Shown here: positions 26,352-34,836 of the stretch, one piece after another
How positions within the stretch are numbered: position 1 is the first letter of the stretch
Layout of the letters: each line of letters opens with the position of its first letter
Virus record (IMG/VR): IMGVR_UViG_2917849834_000002
DNA length: 37,257 bases
Source: a virus
Lineage: Duplodnaviria; Heunggongvirae; Uroviricota; Caudoviricetes
Reading direction: 5' to 3' (one strand)
Notes under the pieces: generated by a model
What the model saw: only the letters and a program-made list of their open reading frames with translations
What the model was told of the DNA's origin: nothing
Databases searched by the model: none
Made by a program: the position numbers and the translations under genes

Positions 26352-26424
26352 TCACCAGCCCCGTTTAGTTCGTACCCTCCTGCAGTGGACCATTAGCGGT
26401 TATCCGTCGGCCACTCTGATGGGG

Positions 26425-26730
26425 TTATTCGGGAAAAAGTGCGCGGATATTATCTTTCATTACCTGTGTGTTACTGTCACTCTTCGCTGTCGGTCTTTCT
26501 GACTGTGCCGGCAATGATGGTATCTGGATTTCGTCTTCTGACCATTCAGCTAACGAATACGCCAACGCGGGGGCGCGTTTTATAAGAGCCAGTCCGGCCA
26601 GAAAAGCCGCGCGTTGCGCGCGGCTGCGTTCGGAGGCTGGCAGGCTATTGAGGTAATTGCACGCCTCCTGTTCACTCTTGACGGCAGCTGGCTTCAGATA
26701 GAAACTTATCCGTCTGGTTGGTGTCGTCAT
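26425..26730 (-). CDS. parR: ParR-like centromere-binding protein
   Basis: 101 aa from ATG at 26730 (SD AAGGAG); LNSLPASERSRAQRAAFLAGLAL resembles the plasmid R1 ParR N-terminal region as I recall it; directly follows parM. Confidence 0.7.
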   Translation of the reverse strand: MTTPTRRISFYLKPAAVKSEQEACNYLNSLPASERSRAQRAAFLAGLALIKRAPALAYSLAEWSEDEIQIPSLPAQSERPTAKSDSNTQVMKDNIRALFPE

Positions 26731-26734
26731 TGGT

Positions 26735-27694
26735 TTACTCCTTGTCCATTGCGTACAGCCCATTAACCAGAGCAAACTGTGGCACCCCGTCCGCGATGAA
26801 AGTCGCATTAACTCCGCAGGCTTCGCGGATAGCGGGTGCCACAATCTCCGCCCCGCCACCGACAACCATCACCCGCCCGTAACCCGAAAAAACCGCCAGC
26901 GCGCGGATCACGCGTTGTTTCAGTGTTTCTTCCTTTTCACGAATAACCGCCATCAGGCTGGCGTAATGCGCGTCATTGTGGATGTGCTGGCGCAGCCAGG
27001 CTTCATCATGGCGATGTTCGATAATGGTATTGGCGATGTGGTGACTGGTGCGCATACCGTTAGTGGCCATCACCGACAGTACGGCATCGGCCATCAGAGA
27101 AACGCCTACGTGTGGATCGCAAAACACCTGGCTGATACCTGCCAGTTGCCCCTGAACCTTTGCCACATCCAGCGTGGTTCCGCCCAAATCCACAATCAGC
27201 AGGGATTCAAACGGACTCATGTCAGCCAGTGCCTTAAAGCCAGCCGGAATGGATTCAGGCATAACCCGTACGTTACGGATAGTGAATGCTTCGCCGTTCT
27301 GGTACTCCACCGGGCGCATGACATTCGCTTTTTTGCGGTTGATGTTGGCCATGTCCGGCTGTGCGTTTGTATCGAAATACTCGCTCAGTGGCAGGGTGAC
27401 AACCACATCCACTTCCTGTGGTGTGATGCCTGATTTGACCAGCGCGTGATGAATGGCAATTACATTCACATCGCTGTACTGGTATTGCGTGTCGGTCGTC
27501 TGGACAAAGCGATCGCTGACCGGATCAAAACCATAGCGCACGCCATCAAGCATGTAGTTCGCGGGCTGCGTGCCACCGAACGGCGCAGACCATTCCGACT
27601 TGAAGCTGTTCGGGCTGATGGCGTTGCGGCGTTCGCCGTTCTCAGTCCATGCCAGCTTGATGTTGGTGGAGCCGTCGTCGATACAAATTTTCAT
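26735..27694 (-). CDS. parM: ParM/StbA-family actin-like segregation ATPase
   Basis: 319 aa; MKICIDDGSTNIKL, LIVDLGGTTLD and VMVVGGGAE align with R1 ParM motifs from memory; SD AAGGAAAAG upstream. Confidence 0.88.
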   Translation of the reverse strand: MKICIDDGSTNIKLAWTENGERRNAISPNSFKSEWSAPFGGTQPANYMLDGVRYGFDPVSDRFVQTTDTQYQYSDVNVIAIHHALVKSGITPQEVDVVVTLPLSEYFDTNAQPDMANINRKKANVMRPVEYQNGEAFTIRNVRVMPESIPAGFKALADMSPFESLLIVDLGGTTLDVAKVQGQLAGISQVFCDPHVGVSLMADAVLSVMATNGMRTSHHIANTIIEHRHDEAWLRQHIHNDAHYASLMAVIREKEETLKQRVIRALAVFSGYGRVMVVGGGAEIVAPAIREACGVNATFIADGVPQFALVNGLYAMDKE

Positions 27695-27729
27695 GTCGCT
27701 TTTCCTTATGTTGATTAATTAATCGGTTA

Positions 27730-27837
27730 CAGGATTTTTAAATCCCGTTTTTGCCTGTTTTATGCGTGCTTCATATATCGCGGCGCGTTTTTTGCTCATT
27801 TACGGGATTTGTGAATCCCGTTTCTGTCTGTTTTTTG
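27730..27837. repeat. Two ~35-bp direct repeats, each with an internal palindrome; candidate parC-like centromere/operator
   Basis: ACAGGATTTTTAAATCCCGTTTTTGCCTGTTTT (27730..) and ACGGGATTTGTGAATCCCGTTTCTGTCTGTTTT (27802..), upstream of parM and overlapping a plausible promoter and the last codons of gpA. Confidence 0.5.
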
Positions 27838-30596
27838 TTCCCACGGGTCAGGCCACCCCGCAGCAGGTCTGCTTTGCGGTGGACGCGTTCAGTAGTTTCA
27901 CTGATTCTCTGTGCGTGCTCTGCGTCACGGATGGCGCGCAGCATGTCAGAAAGCACGGTAACGGGTGTTTTCATGATGTTCTGGTCCTGCTGAAGTGTGG
28001 ATGCCAGGCGTGCGGCGGCTTCGGGGTCTGATGCCCCCAGCTGTGCCAGATAGCTGGCGACCGGGTTATGGCGGATCTCCGTGCTGCTTACGCCGTGATT
28101 ACGGCTCAGGCGCTGCCAGAGCTGCGTGATTCGGCTGTCCGGGCGGGTATCCGGTTTGCGTACAACTTCAAATCCCTGCGGTGCAATGATGCTGCCGTCA
28201 ACGTACAGACTGCCGCCCCGTAACAGGTGCTGCATCTGCTGTTCACCAATATGCAGGCCGAGAGATTCAGCAGACTCCCGCCATTCTTTGGCGAGTAACT
28301 CGTGGTTATCAGGCAAAGGCTGTGGCTGTTTGCGGCTCTGTGTCCAGCTCTGCATTTCATCGCTGCTGTTTTTTGCCTGTTTGTCACGCAGCGAACGCAT
28401 CAGCGCCCGGCGTTCGTGCCGTTTCAGTGAGTGCATCCATTCATCCACATCAACGCCGTCAGGAAGCTGCGGCCACGGTGTTGACCGTTCTTCCGGCTGT
28501 TCTGTCCCGTTGTTGTCCGTTTCCTGTACAAGGGGACAGTTATTGCCACGAGTCCAAGGGGCGGCAGGGCCGCCCTGAAGGTCAAAACCATTTTCGTGGG
28601 CGCTGTCTTCCGCTTCCGGTTTACGTCTTACCAGCGTCCAGTTATCCGGATGTGTGCACACGCGGGAAGACTCCCCGATGAGCGGCGACCAGATCCCGTA
28701 AATCTGTACGCTCTGTTCGCCGTAATCGTTCAGCTCATCTGCGAGGTCGTAGGCGGTGCGAATCAGGTAGTCCTTGCGTGGAACAAGTACGCCACCCTGT
28801 TTTTCAATGTAGGTGGCAAAACACCCGGCATCGGCGGCAGCGAGTACCGCATCCATTGCATCATCCTTCAGCCGTTGCGGGCCTTCCGGGTTGCGTGCCA
28901 TCTGGCTGGCAAGGCGGCGGAGTTCACGCCATACCTGACGGGAGGGGATGCCAAAGAACTGGAACTGGCGGACCCGGTGAAGGCGCGCCCAGCCGATGGC
29001 GCGCTCCACGCTCTCGGCCATTGATTTACCTGTTTCGTGGTCAACGCGTGGCTTGCCCGTTTTCGGGTCGATACCATCCACGGCGCGGCTGTCCAGGTTC
29101 TTTCCGATGTAGGTGGCGATGTAGCTGGTTGGTGTGCCTTTTGAGCCGTCGACGTACTCCGCCTTAAAGCGCGGGGTGATATCGCTGCCCAACTCGTGGC
29201 GGTCTTCCTGAATGGCAATATCGCGGGCGTGGGACACAATAGTGTCGATTTCTTCCGGATGAGCAAAGACCATCATATGCCAGTGCACGGTGCCGTCATG
29301 GTGAGGCTCCACCGTGCGGATGCCATACCAGCGCAGGCCGTCGCGGCTCAGTTTTTTGCGGACCGCCGCAAAAAACGTGTTAACCAGGTAATCGCTGGAG
29401 TCGCGCATTGTGGCCCCGTTCCATTTGGGATTCGGATGACCGTTCTCTGTTGTGGCGTGGTATTTTGACGGGCAGGTGACAGTCAGAAACACCGCTTTGT
29501 CGCCACGGGCTTCGGCCAGAAGTTCCAGCCCCTTCATGGTGGCCATCATTTCTGCCTTACGGTGAGTCGGGTTACTTACTCCCGCGTAATACACTGTCTC
29601 GAGATCAATCGTGAAGCCGTCTTCGTTTTCCAGCATGAAACTTTTCAGGAAATCGCGTGTTTTCTCGCGCTGCGCGCGAAACTCGCTTAACGCGTCCTGG
29701 CTCAGATAGGGCGATGTTTTTCTGGAAACCAGACAGGCGGCGCGGAGTTGTTCTTCCCGCCACTCGCAACGTAGAAGCCATAGTTTGCGCTTCCACCAGT
29801 CCGCGCAGGTCAGGCGGAGGATTGCGCCCGGTAACAATTCCGTATCCGGAACGCTCTTGTTCAGGGCTTCGTAATGTGGCGGCATGATGTGCAGGCATAA
29901 TGCGATACGGGCCAGCATCCGGTAAGCCTTCAACATTACATCCATGGTCAGCTCGCCATCTCTGGCACCAAAGCCATCGCAGAGTGTTTCGAAGGTGCTG
30001 CTGAGCATCGCCGCTGTCATGACGGCCAGCGTCTGTATCTGGTGCTTGTTGAGCTGCGGCAGGTAAAGCAAATCGTCCAGGCGTTCGCGCCCGGCAAGGG
30101 AGCGATAACCCGGTGTCAGCCAGCGTCCGTCAGTGCGATCCAGACGTTCGAATATTTTGCGCAGGGTTCCGCGTGCATAGCCCTCTGCTGGTCGGCTCTT
30201 TTTGCCTTTCTGGCGATCAGATTCCTGCTTCTTACGCAAAAAAGAGAGGCGGCGGCTCAGTGGTTCACGCAGATAAACGGGAAGTGCCTTCAGTTCGGCA
30301 AAGGCGCTGGCCACCGGGTCTTGCTTTATTTCCTGGCGCTTATTGATGATGTTTTTTATCAGTTTTTCGCGTTGCCCGGCTTCCTCAAGGGATGCCATGA
30401 GTTTTTTGCCTGTATCGGATTGTGCGAAAAAGGCTTCTTCCTTCGCTTCCTGTTCTTCCTGTGCCCTTTTGTCCGCCTCAAGGTAGTAACGGATGGCGCG
30501 TTGCAGGTCGGTTTCAGTTTCCTGCCTGCGCTCCGTAAATCTGGCCGGATCAATGGCTGGCCGTGGTTCATTCCAGCTCCATGCAAACTCACTCAT
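27771..30596 (-). CDS. A: Rolling-circle replication initiator, gpA-like (HUH endonuclease)
   Basis: About 941 aa from ATG at 30596; HUH motif VHWHMMVF and active-site tyrosine pair YIATYIGKN; C-terminal region longer than P2 gpA. Confidence 0.85.
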   Translation of the reverse strand: MSEFAWSWNEPRPAIDPARFTERRQETETDLQRAIRYYLEADKRAQEEQEAKEEAFFAQSDTGKKLMASLEEAGQREKLIKNIINKRQEIKQDPVASAFAELKALPVYLREPLSRRLSFLRKKQESDRQKGKKSRPAEGYARGTLRKIFERLDRTDGRWLTPGYRSLAGRERLDDLLYLPQLNKHQIQTLAVMTAAMLSSTFETLCDGFGARDGELTMDVMLKAYRMLARIALCLHIMPPHYEALNKSVPDTELLPGAILRLTCADWWKRKLWLLRCEWREEQLRAACLVSRKTSPYLSQDALSEFRAQREKTRDFLKSFMLENEDGFTIDLETVYYAGVSNPTHRKAEMMATMKGLELLAEARGDKAVFLTVTCPSKYHATTENGHPNPKWNGATMRDSSDYLVNTFFAAVRKKLSRDGLRWYGIRTVEPHHDGTVHWHMMVFAHPEEIDTIVSHARDIAIQEDRHELGSDITPRFKAEYVDGSKGTPTSYIATYIGKNLDSRAVDGIDPKTGKPRVDHETGKSMAESVERAIGWARLHRVRQFQFFGIPSRQVWRELRRLASQMARNPEGPQRLKDDAMDAVLAAADAGCFATYIEKQGGVLVPRKDYLIRTAYDLADELNDYGEQSVQIYGIWSPLIGESSRVCTHPDNWTLVRRKPEAEDSAHENGFDLQGGPAAPWTRGNNCPLVQETDNNGTEQPEERSTPWPQLPDGVDVDEWMHSLKRHERRALMRSLRDKQAKNSSDEMQSWTQSRKQPQPLPDNHELLAKEWRESAESLGLHIGEQQMQHLLRGGSLYVDGSIIAPQGFEVVRKPDTRPDSRITQLWQRLSRNHGVSSTEIRHNPVASYLAQLGASDPEAAARLASTLQQDQNIMKTPVTVLSDMLRAIRDAEHAQRISETTERVHRKADLLRGGLTRGNKKQTETGFTNPVNEQKTRRDI

Positions 30597-30982
30597 GGCT
30601 GGTATCCCGTCACGCGCTGCCACTCCTGCGAGAAGATGGCGGAAAGGCGGTTAAATTCAGCGGTGTATTCACTCAGCGAGGCACACCCGCCAGCAGTGCG
30701 ATGCGCCAGCATTGCCACAAATACGGAGGCCGGGGAGTCGTAATACGCCAGCAGTGATTCGCCGTGTGGTGTCAGGCAGTGCAACGCCAGCCCGTGTGGT
30801 GTGAAATCCACGCGGTAGCAGTCGTCTACTGTGAAATAAAGGGTGTCCGCATTCTCCGGTTTTGTGGTGCGTGCTCTGTTGTCACGACCACGGATGTAGA
30901 GATCAAATAATCCCTGAAGAACGGGAGCCAGACGGGTGTCCTGTGTGCGCACCCATCTTGTGAAGTCATGAGCGTCAATCAT
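30593..30982 (-). CDS. Hypothetical early protein
   Basis: 129 aa; stop overlaps the gpA ATG (ATGA). Confidence 0.45.
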   Translation of the reverse strand: MIDAHDFTRWVRTQDTRLAPVLQGLFDLYIRGRDNRARTTKPENADTLYFTVDDCYRVDFTPHGLALHCLTPHGESLLAYYDSPASVFVAMLAHRTAGGCASLSEYTAEFNRLSAIFSQEWQRVTGYQP

Positions 30983-31054
30983 GCTGCAATTCTCTTTACT
31001 ACAGATGTGCGAAGGCCTCCCGCCGCAAGGTGCAGGAAAGGCCCGGAACAGGAA

Positions 31055-31285
31055 TTAATGGAGTTTGTTTTGCTGCTGGATGAGCTGTTGAAGCTCGTGC
31101 AGATCATCCGCCAGATAACTGAAAACAGAGGCGGAATAAATGTTTGATAGTGCGTGGCTGCGCTCATGCAGCATATTGATGTGCATGATTTGCGCGACGC
31201 GTGATGCGCGGGAAAGTCTGCGGTTGATTTCAGTCTGGATGTGACGACGCGCAGCGTATGCGCGCTGTTGTTTGCGGTTTGCCAT
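31055..31285 (-). CDS. Hypothetical small basic protein
   Basis: 76 aa, Arg/Gln-rich; SD-like AGAGG upstream of the ATG at 31285. Confidence 0.4.
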   Translation of the reverse strand: MANRKQQRAYAARRHIQTEINRRLSRASRVAQIMHINMLHERSHALSNIYSASVFSYLADDLHELQQLIQQQNKLH

Positions 31286-31459
31286 GATGTGGCCTCTACG
31301 TGTGTAAGTTTTGAAAACTCACCATCCAGAGCTGCGAAACTGTGGGTGGCGAGACGTACGAGGTTCGCAGTACCGGCAAACGCAGAACCCGGCCCGACCG
31401 AAGTCGGCCCCGTACGCCCCACCATAATTCGTGTGCGAAAAAGACGTGGCGATACAGTA

Positions 31460-31490
31460 CGCACAAAAAAACCGCTGGCGCGGTTGTGCG
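31460..31490 (-). terminator. Candidate intrinsic terminator inside the early region
   Basis: On the minus strand ACCGC-GCCA-GCGGT followed by UUUUUUU, nested in a longer imperfect dyad; about 120 nt downstream of the 183-aa gene stop. Confidence 0.4.
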
Positions 31491-31605
31491 CTACGTTTGT
31501 CAGCGGGCTGCGAAACCCGGCACCCGTTTTATGAGGTGCAGCGGAAATGTAACCTGACTGATTGCGGCATGGCAAGCGGTTTTTTTGTGTGTGCATGGTG
31601 GTTAC

Positions 31606-32157
31606 TCAGTTTGGTAATAGCTCGTACAGCACGGCATCCGCTGCGGTGCGGCGACCGTAAAGAGAACGTGCTGTGCGAGTGGTGACTTTTATTTGCAGTG
31701 TGTGATTAATGTGTTTTGCTATCATGGCGAACGTCATGTGCTGCTCATCATGTAGTTCAGTCACCAGTTTCACCAGGTGATCGCTGTATCTGGTCAGGTG
31801 GTGGAGTTCTCCGCATTTTCGCAGGCTGTAACCACGTTTTTTCAGGTGCACTTGTACTGTGCGACGGGTGCATCCCACCTCGGCGGCCAGTTCCTTCGCC
31901 GTTCTGGTGCGGCGGTTTTCGATGAGAAAGGCGATCTCCTTTGCACTCAGTGTCTTTCTCTTGCGACCAATCAATCCACGGCTATGCAAAAAACCAAGTC
32001 GGTGCATAACGGCATCATGGGTTCGTTGAATTCGTTCAGTTATCTGGCGCGTGTTGTACTCTGGATAAAGCGAGATAAGCATTTCATCCTCCTGCTGTGT
32101 CCATGGCTTTACATGTGCCGGAGCCACGCCAGGCGTACCCATTGGTTTGAGTTTCAT
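31606..32157 (-). CDS. Putative DNA-binding protein (Myb-like segment plus HTH-like segments)
   Basis: 183 aa; WTQQEDEMLISLY is Myb/SANT-like; basic helix-rich remainder. Confidence 0.45.
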   Translation of the reverse strand: MKLKPMGTPGVAPAHVKPWTQQEDEMLISLYPEYNTRQITERIQRTHDAVMHRLGFLHSRGLIGRKRKTLSAKEIAFLIENRRTRTAKELAAEVGCTRRTVQVHLKKRGYSLRKCGELHHLTRYSDHLVKLVTELHDEQHMTFAMIAKHINHTLQIKVTTRTARSLYGRRTAADAVLYELLPN

Positions 32158-32171
32158 TGTGATTTGCTCCC

Positions 32172-32471
32172 TTACTGGTTAAGGAAAAAATCGAAAACGT
32201 TGTCGATGCGTTGCAGCAGCTCCTGCTGCATTGCTTCCGGGTCTTCAGGTTCACCTGGTGCACCCAGCGTTGCGCAGAAATCAGCGATTTCATGGTGGAG
32301 CGTCAGGCGAATGGCTGGAGCCATGGTTCTGGCGTGCTCCAGCTCATCCAGCAGTGCCAGCACAGCAGACGGCGAGAGCATTGCGCGAAATGCCAGTAAT
32401 TTTTGATGTGTTGCCATTCGTTGCAGGTCAGTCGCCAGTTCGCGTAATTCCTGGTGGTTGATGGTGCTCAT
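32172..32471 (-). CDS. Hypothetical early protein
   Basis: 99 aa; SD AAGGAAG 8 nt upstream. Confidence 0.45.
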   Translation of the reverse strand: MSTINHQELRELATDLQRMATHQKLLAFRAMLSPSAVLALLDELEHARTMAPAIRLTLHHEIADFCATLGAPGEPEDPEAMQQELLQRIDNVFDFFLNQ

Positions 32472-32541
32472 GCTCTGGCTTCCTTCAGTAGCTGGTTAAA
32501 CATGTGGGTGAGTGGGTTGCCGCACCCGAACGGCATCGGGT

Positions 32542-32685
32542 TTACCTTGCAAGAGAACCGACCGCCTGTTTTGCGCTCTTCTCGGATGACCAAGCCGTCA
32601 CGCCAGAGTCGGCGTAACTCAGCGCGGCGGCGATTTCTCCGCCACTACACCCCGGATTGGCGGCGATATAGTCCAGAATGGTCAT
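32542..32685 (-). CDS. Small putative helix-turn-helix protein (47 aa)
   Basis: Not in the ORF track. MTILDYIAANPGCSGGEIAAALSYADSGVTAWSSEKSAKQAVGSLAR; start overlaps the upstream stop (ATGA). Confidence 0.3.
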   Translation of the reverse strand: MTILDYIAANPGCSGGEIAAALSYADSGVTAWSSEKSAKQAVGSLAR

Positions 32686-32885
32686 CTTCGTGACTCCTGT
32701 ATCTGTCGGATAAGGTTCACCTGCACCACATTCGTGGCGCAGAAGTATGTGTCGTCTATGAGATAAATGTGATGCGCGTCAGGTTGCGAACGGTGACGGT
32801 CGAGCGTTTTAATCAGCCGTTCGTCAACTTCGTATTCACGCCCTCTGGAGGTGAAACGAGTGACGGTAAATTTCTTAATTGCCAT
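32682..32885 (-). CDS. Hypothetical early protein
   Basis: 67 aa in the coupled early operon. Confidence 0.4.
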   Translation of the reverse strand: MAIKKFTVTRFTSRGREYEVDERLIKTLDRHRSQPDAHHIYLIDDTYFCATNVVQVNLIRQIQESRR

Positions 32886-33211
32886 TACGTTTCCTTAGCC
32901 TGGAAGGCCTGCACCATTTGATGCAGGCGGTACATGGTGCGAAAGCGTGGGCGAGTTCGATTGTTGGCGTCAGAACCATTAACGCGGTTAAGCCAGCCGT
33001 AGCCATACCAGCGGTTAGCTACCCACACCTCAAAGAAGTTCTCGCCGTAATAAAAAATCGCGTTATGCCGATTCACGGTTACGAGTGAACCTTCACCCAG
33101 TAGTTGTTCTAATGCCCCATCCCATGACGCACTGAACGGGCGATAGTAAAAGCCGGTTGCGGTCCTGATGATGTGGTCCAGCAGGGCCACGATGTATTTC
33201 AGTCTCTCCAT
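32885..33211 (-). CDS. Hypothetical early protein
   Basis: 108 aa, Trp/Tyr-rich. Confidence 0.45.
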   Translation of the reverse strand: MERLKYIVALLDHIIRTATGFYYRPFSASWDGALEQLLGEGSLVTVNRHNAIFYYGENFFEVWVANRWYGYGWLNRVNGSDANNRTRPRFRTMYRLHQMVQAFQAKET

Positions 33212-33223
33212 TGCGTTATTCCG

Positions 33224-33598
33224 TCAGTCAATGAAGCGGACTTCTTTTTTATTAGCTTCCAGAGCGGGGTTGGCGGAGATCTCCTTAATTAAGAGTTTCT
33301 CCTGGTCTTTAGACTCGGCTACGATGATGTAAATTTTGTCGTCAGCAACAGCGAGGCGAACTCGCTTGCCGATATTGGTGGCTGGCGAATTTTCTTTTGT
33401 TTGCTGTGCCCTGATAACTTCCAGCTCGGCAGCCTGTTTTTCGATGATTTCAGCGGCTTCAGTAGCAGTTTTTGCGATTATTAATGAGAGAGTTGCGGTG
33501 TCCATGTGGCCATTCGCCATGGCTTCTTTTGCTACTTCACCTTGCATATCTGCGATTTCATTCAGGTTGTGAATAATGCCTTCTTCTTTTGAGTACAT
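33224..33598 (-). CDS. Hypothetical early protein
   Basis: 124 aa, acidic and helical. Confidence 0.45.
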   Translation of the reverse strand: MYSKEEGIIHNLNEIADMQGEVAKEAMANGHMDTATLSLIIAKTATEAAEIIEKQAAELEVIRAQQTKENSPATNIGKRVRLAVADDKIYIIVAESKDQEKLLIKEISANPALEANKKEVRFID

Positions 33599-33691
33599 TT
33601 TTGTATCTCCGTTATTTACGTGTGCGAACGCCTCCGCGAATGCGGATAGTTTTCATGTTTTCGTATTTAATCTGGTGTTTTGTTTATGCTG

Positions 33692-33805
33692 TTATTCGCC
33701 AGTGAAAAAACGTTCAATCTTTTTTACTGAATGAATAATTCGCATAATACCAATTGCGCAAACCACCGAAAAAATCAGAACAAGCCACGAAATAAATATA
33801 TTCAT
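33692..33805 (-). CDS. 37-aa small membrane peptide
   Basis: Not in the ORF track. MNIFISWLVLIFSVVCAIGIMRIIHSVKKIERFFTGE: one TM helix then basic tail; ATG overlaps the upstream stop (ATGA). Confidence 0.35.
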   Translation of the reverse strand: MNIFISWLVLIFSVVCAIGIMRIIHSVKKIERFFTGE

Positions 33806-34044
33806 GCGATATTCCCCAGCTTATACGGTTCAATATGTTCCCCGCATTCTGCGGCACAGATCAGCTCGGAAAGTTCGTTAAGTGCATCCAGATCATCAGC
33901 GTAAAAAGCCACGTCATACAGACTCCGGATTGCCCTGGTCAATGAGTCACGGGCTGCACGTTCAGCATGAGCGCCTGATGCACTTAAGCGAAAATAAAAA
34001 CGCTCAAGTGCTTTGTTAATGAGAGTTTTATATTCTTTGCCCAT
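33802..34044 (-). CDS. Hypothetical early protein
   Basis: About 80 aa from ATG at 34044 (SD AAAGGG). Confidence 0.4.
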   Translation of the reverse strand: MGKEYKTLINKALERFYFRLSASGAHAERAARDSLTRAIRSLYDVAFYADDLDALNELSELICAAECGEHIEPYKLGNIA

Positions 34045-34055
34045 CGCAACGCCCT

Positions 34056-34334
34056 TTAATCTGCTTTCTGAATTTCGGCTTCTGAATCCATACAAATAAT
34101 TTCGATATAGGGTTCATCGCCATTAACCTGACGTGCCTTTTCAGCTTCGCTAATGATTTCTCGTACGGTCTGGTACGGAAGCTCCACGAACAGTTGTGCG
34201 CCGCCGTCCACATAAATATGAGTGGTTGCGTTTTTTGCCTGGGCCACACCATTAATGGCTGATGCGCGCAATAAAAGTTCACCGCGAAAATCAATAAAGC
34301 GGATAAATACACCTTGTGCATGCTCTTTGGTCAT
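34056..34334 (-). CDS. Hypothetical early protein
   Basis: About 92 aa from ATG at 34334 (SD AGGTG). Confidence 0.4.
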   Translation of the reverse strand: MTKEHAQGVFIRFIDFRGELLLRASAINGVAQAKNATTHIYVDGGAQLFVELPYQTVREIISEAEKARQVNGDEPYIEIICMDSEAEIQKAD

Positions 34335-34344
34335 AAAGCACCTG

Positions 34345-34743
34345 TTATAAATCAGCCTGTTTAATAAAACTTTGTCCGCGAAGCAGACGATCAACCGTGC
34401 GTAGTGCTTCGTATAATGTGAAATCCTGCCCGAACTGATTGTCGCCGCTGCTTAGTGCAAAAATGCGATTTCCGGTAAACGGATTGCGTGGGCATTTATG
34501 GACCACGATTCCAGCTTTCTCAATCAGCCAGGCATGCTCGCCGATTTGTTTTACTGGGTAGCCATCCGGCGTTGCGTGTGTTTCGCTCAGGCTGTAGCGA
34601 GAGCTGCTGCGTGATGCACTGGTAGCGAAACGGTTAGCATGGCGTTCAGCACCATTGCGGAAGTGTTGCCGTGAAGAATTACGTCGTTGCTTCATACAAA
34701 AATATCCTGCTGCTGTTGCGAATTTGTGCCGGGTTTTAGCCAT
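34345..34743 (-). CDS. Hypothetical early protein
   Basis: 116 to 132 aa depending on start; basic N-terminus. Confidence 0.4.
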   Translation of the reverse strand: MAKTRHKFATAAGYFCMKQRRNSSRQHFRNGAERHANRFATSASRSSSRYSLSETHATPDGYPVKQIGEHAWLIEKAGIVVHKCPRNPFTGNRIFALSSGDNQFGQDFTLYEALRTVDRLLRGQSFIKQADL

Positions 34744-34836
34744 GCCCGGCGCATGGTTTTGTGGTATTTTTCCACCGCCCGCAGTCTTGAAGGGGCTGTA
34801 AAGGGCGCGTGTTCAACCAACCACAAGGAATAAAAT

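Noticed and set aside
26090-26424. Search for the P2/186 cohesive-end sequence
   Set aside because: No close match to the cos sequence as I remember it; cos is assigned here by synteny only.
30979-31596. 205-aa minus-strand ORF spanning the structured non-coding region
   Set aside because: Ser/Thr/Arg-rich low-complexity translation, overlaps the better-supported 76-aa ORF in another frame, and runs through terminator-like hairpins; treated as non-coding.
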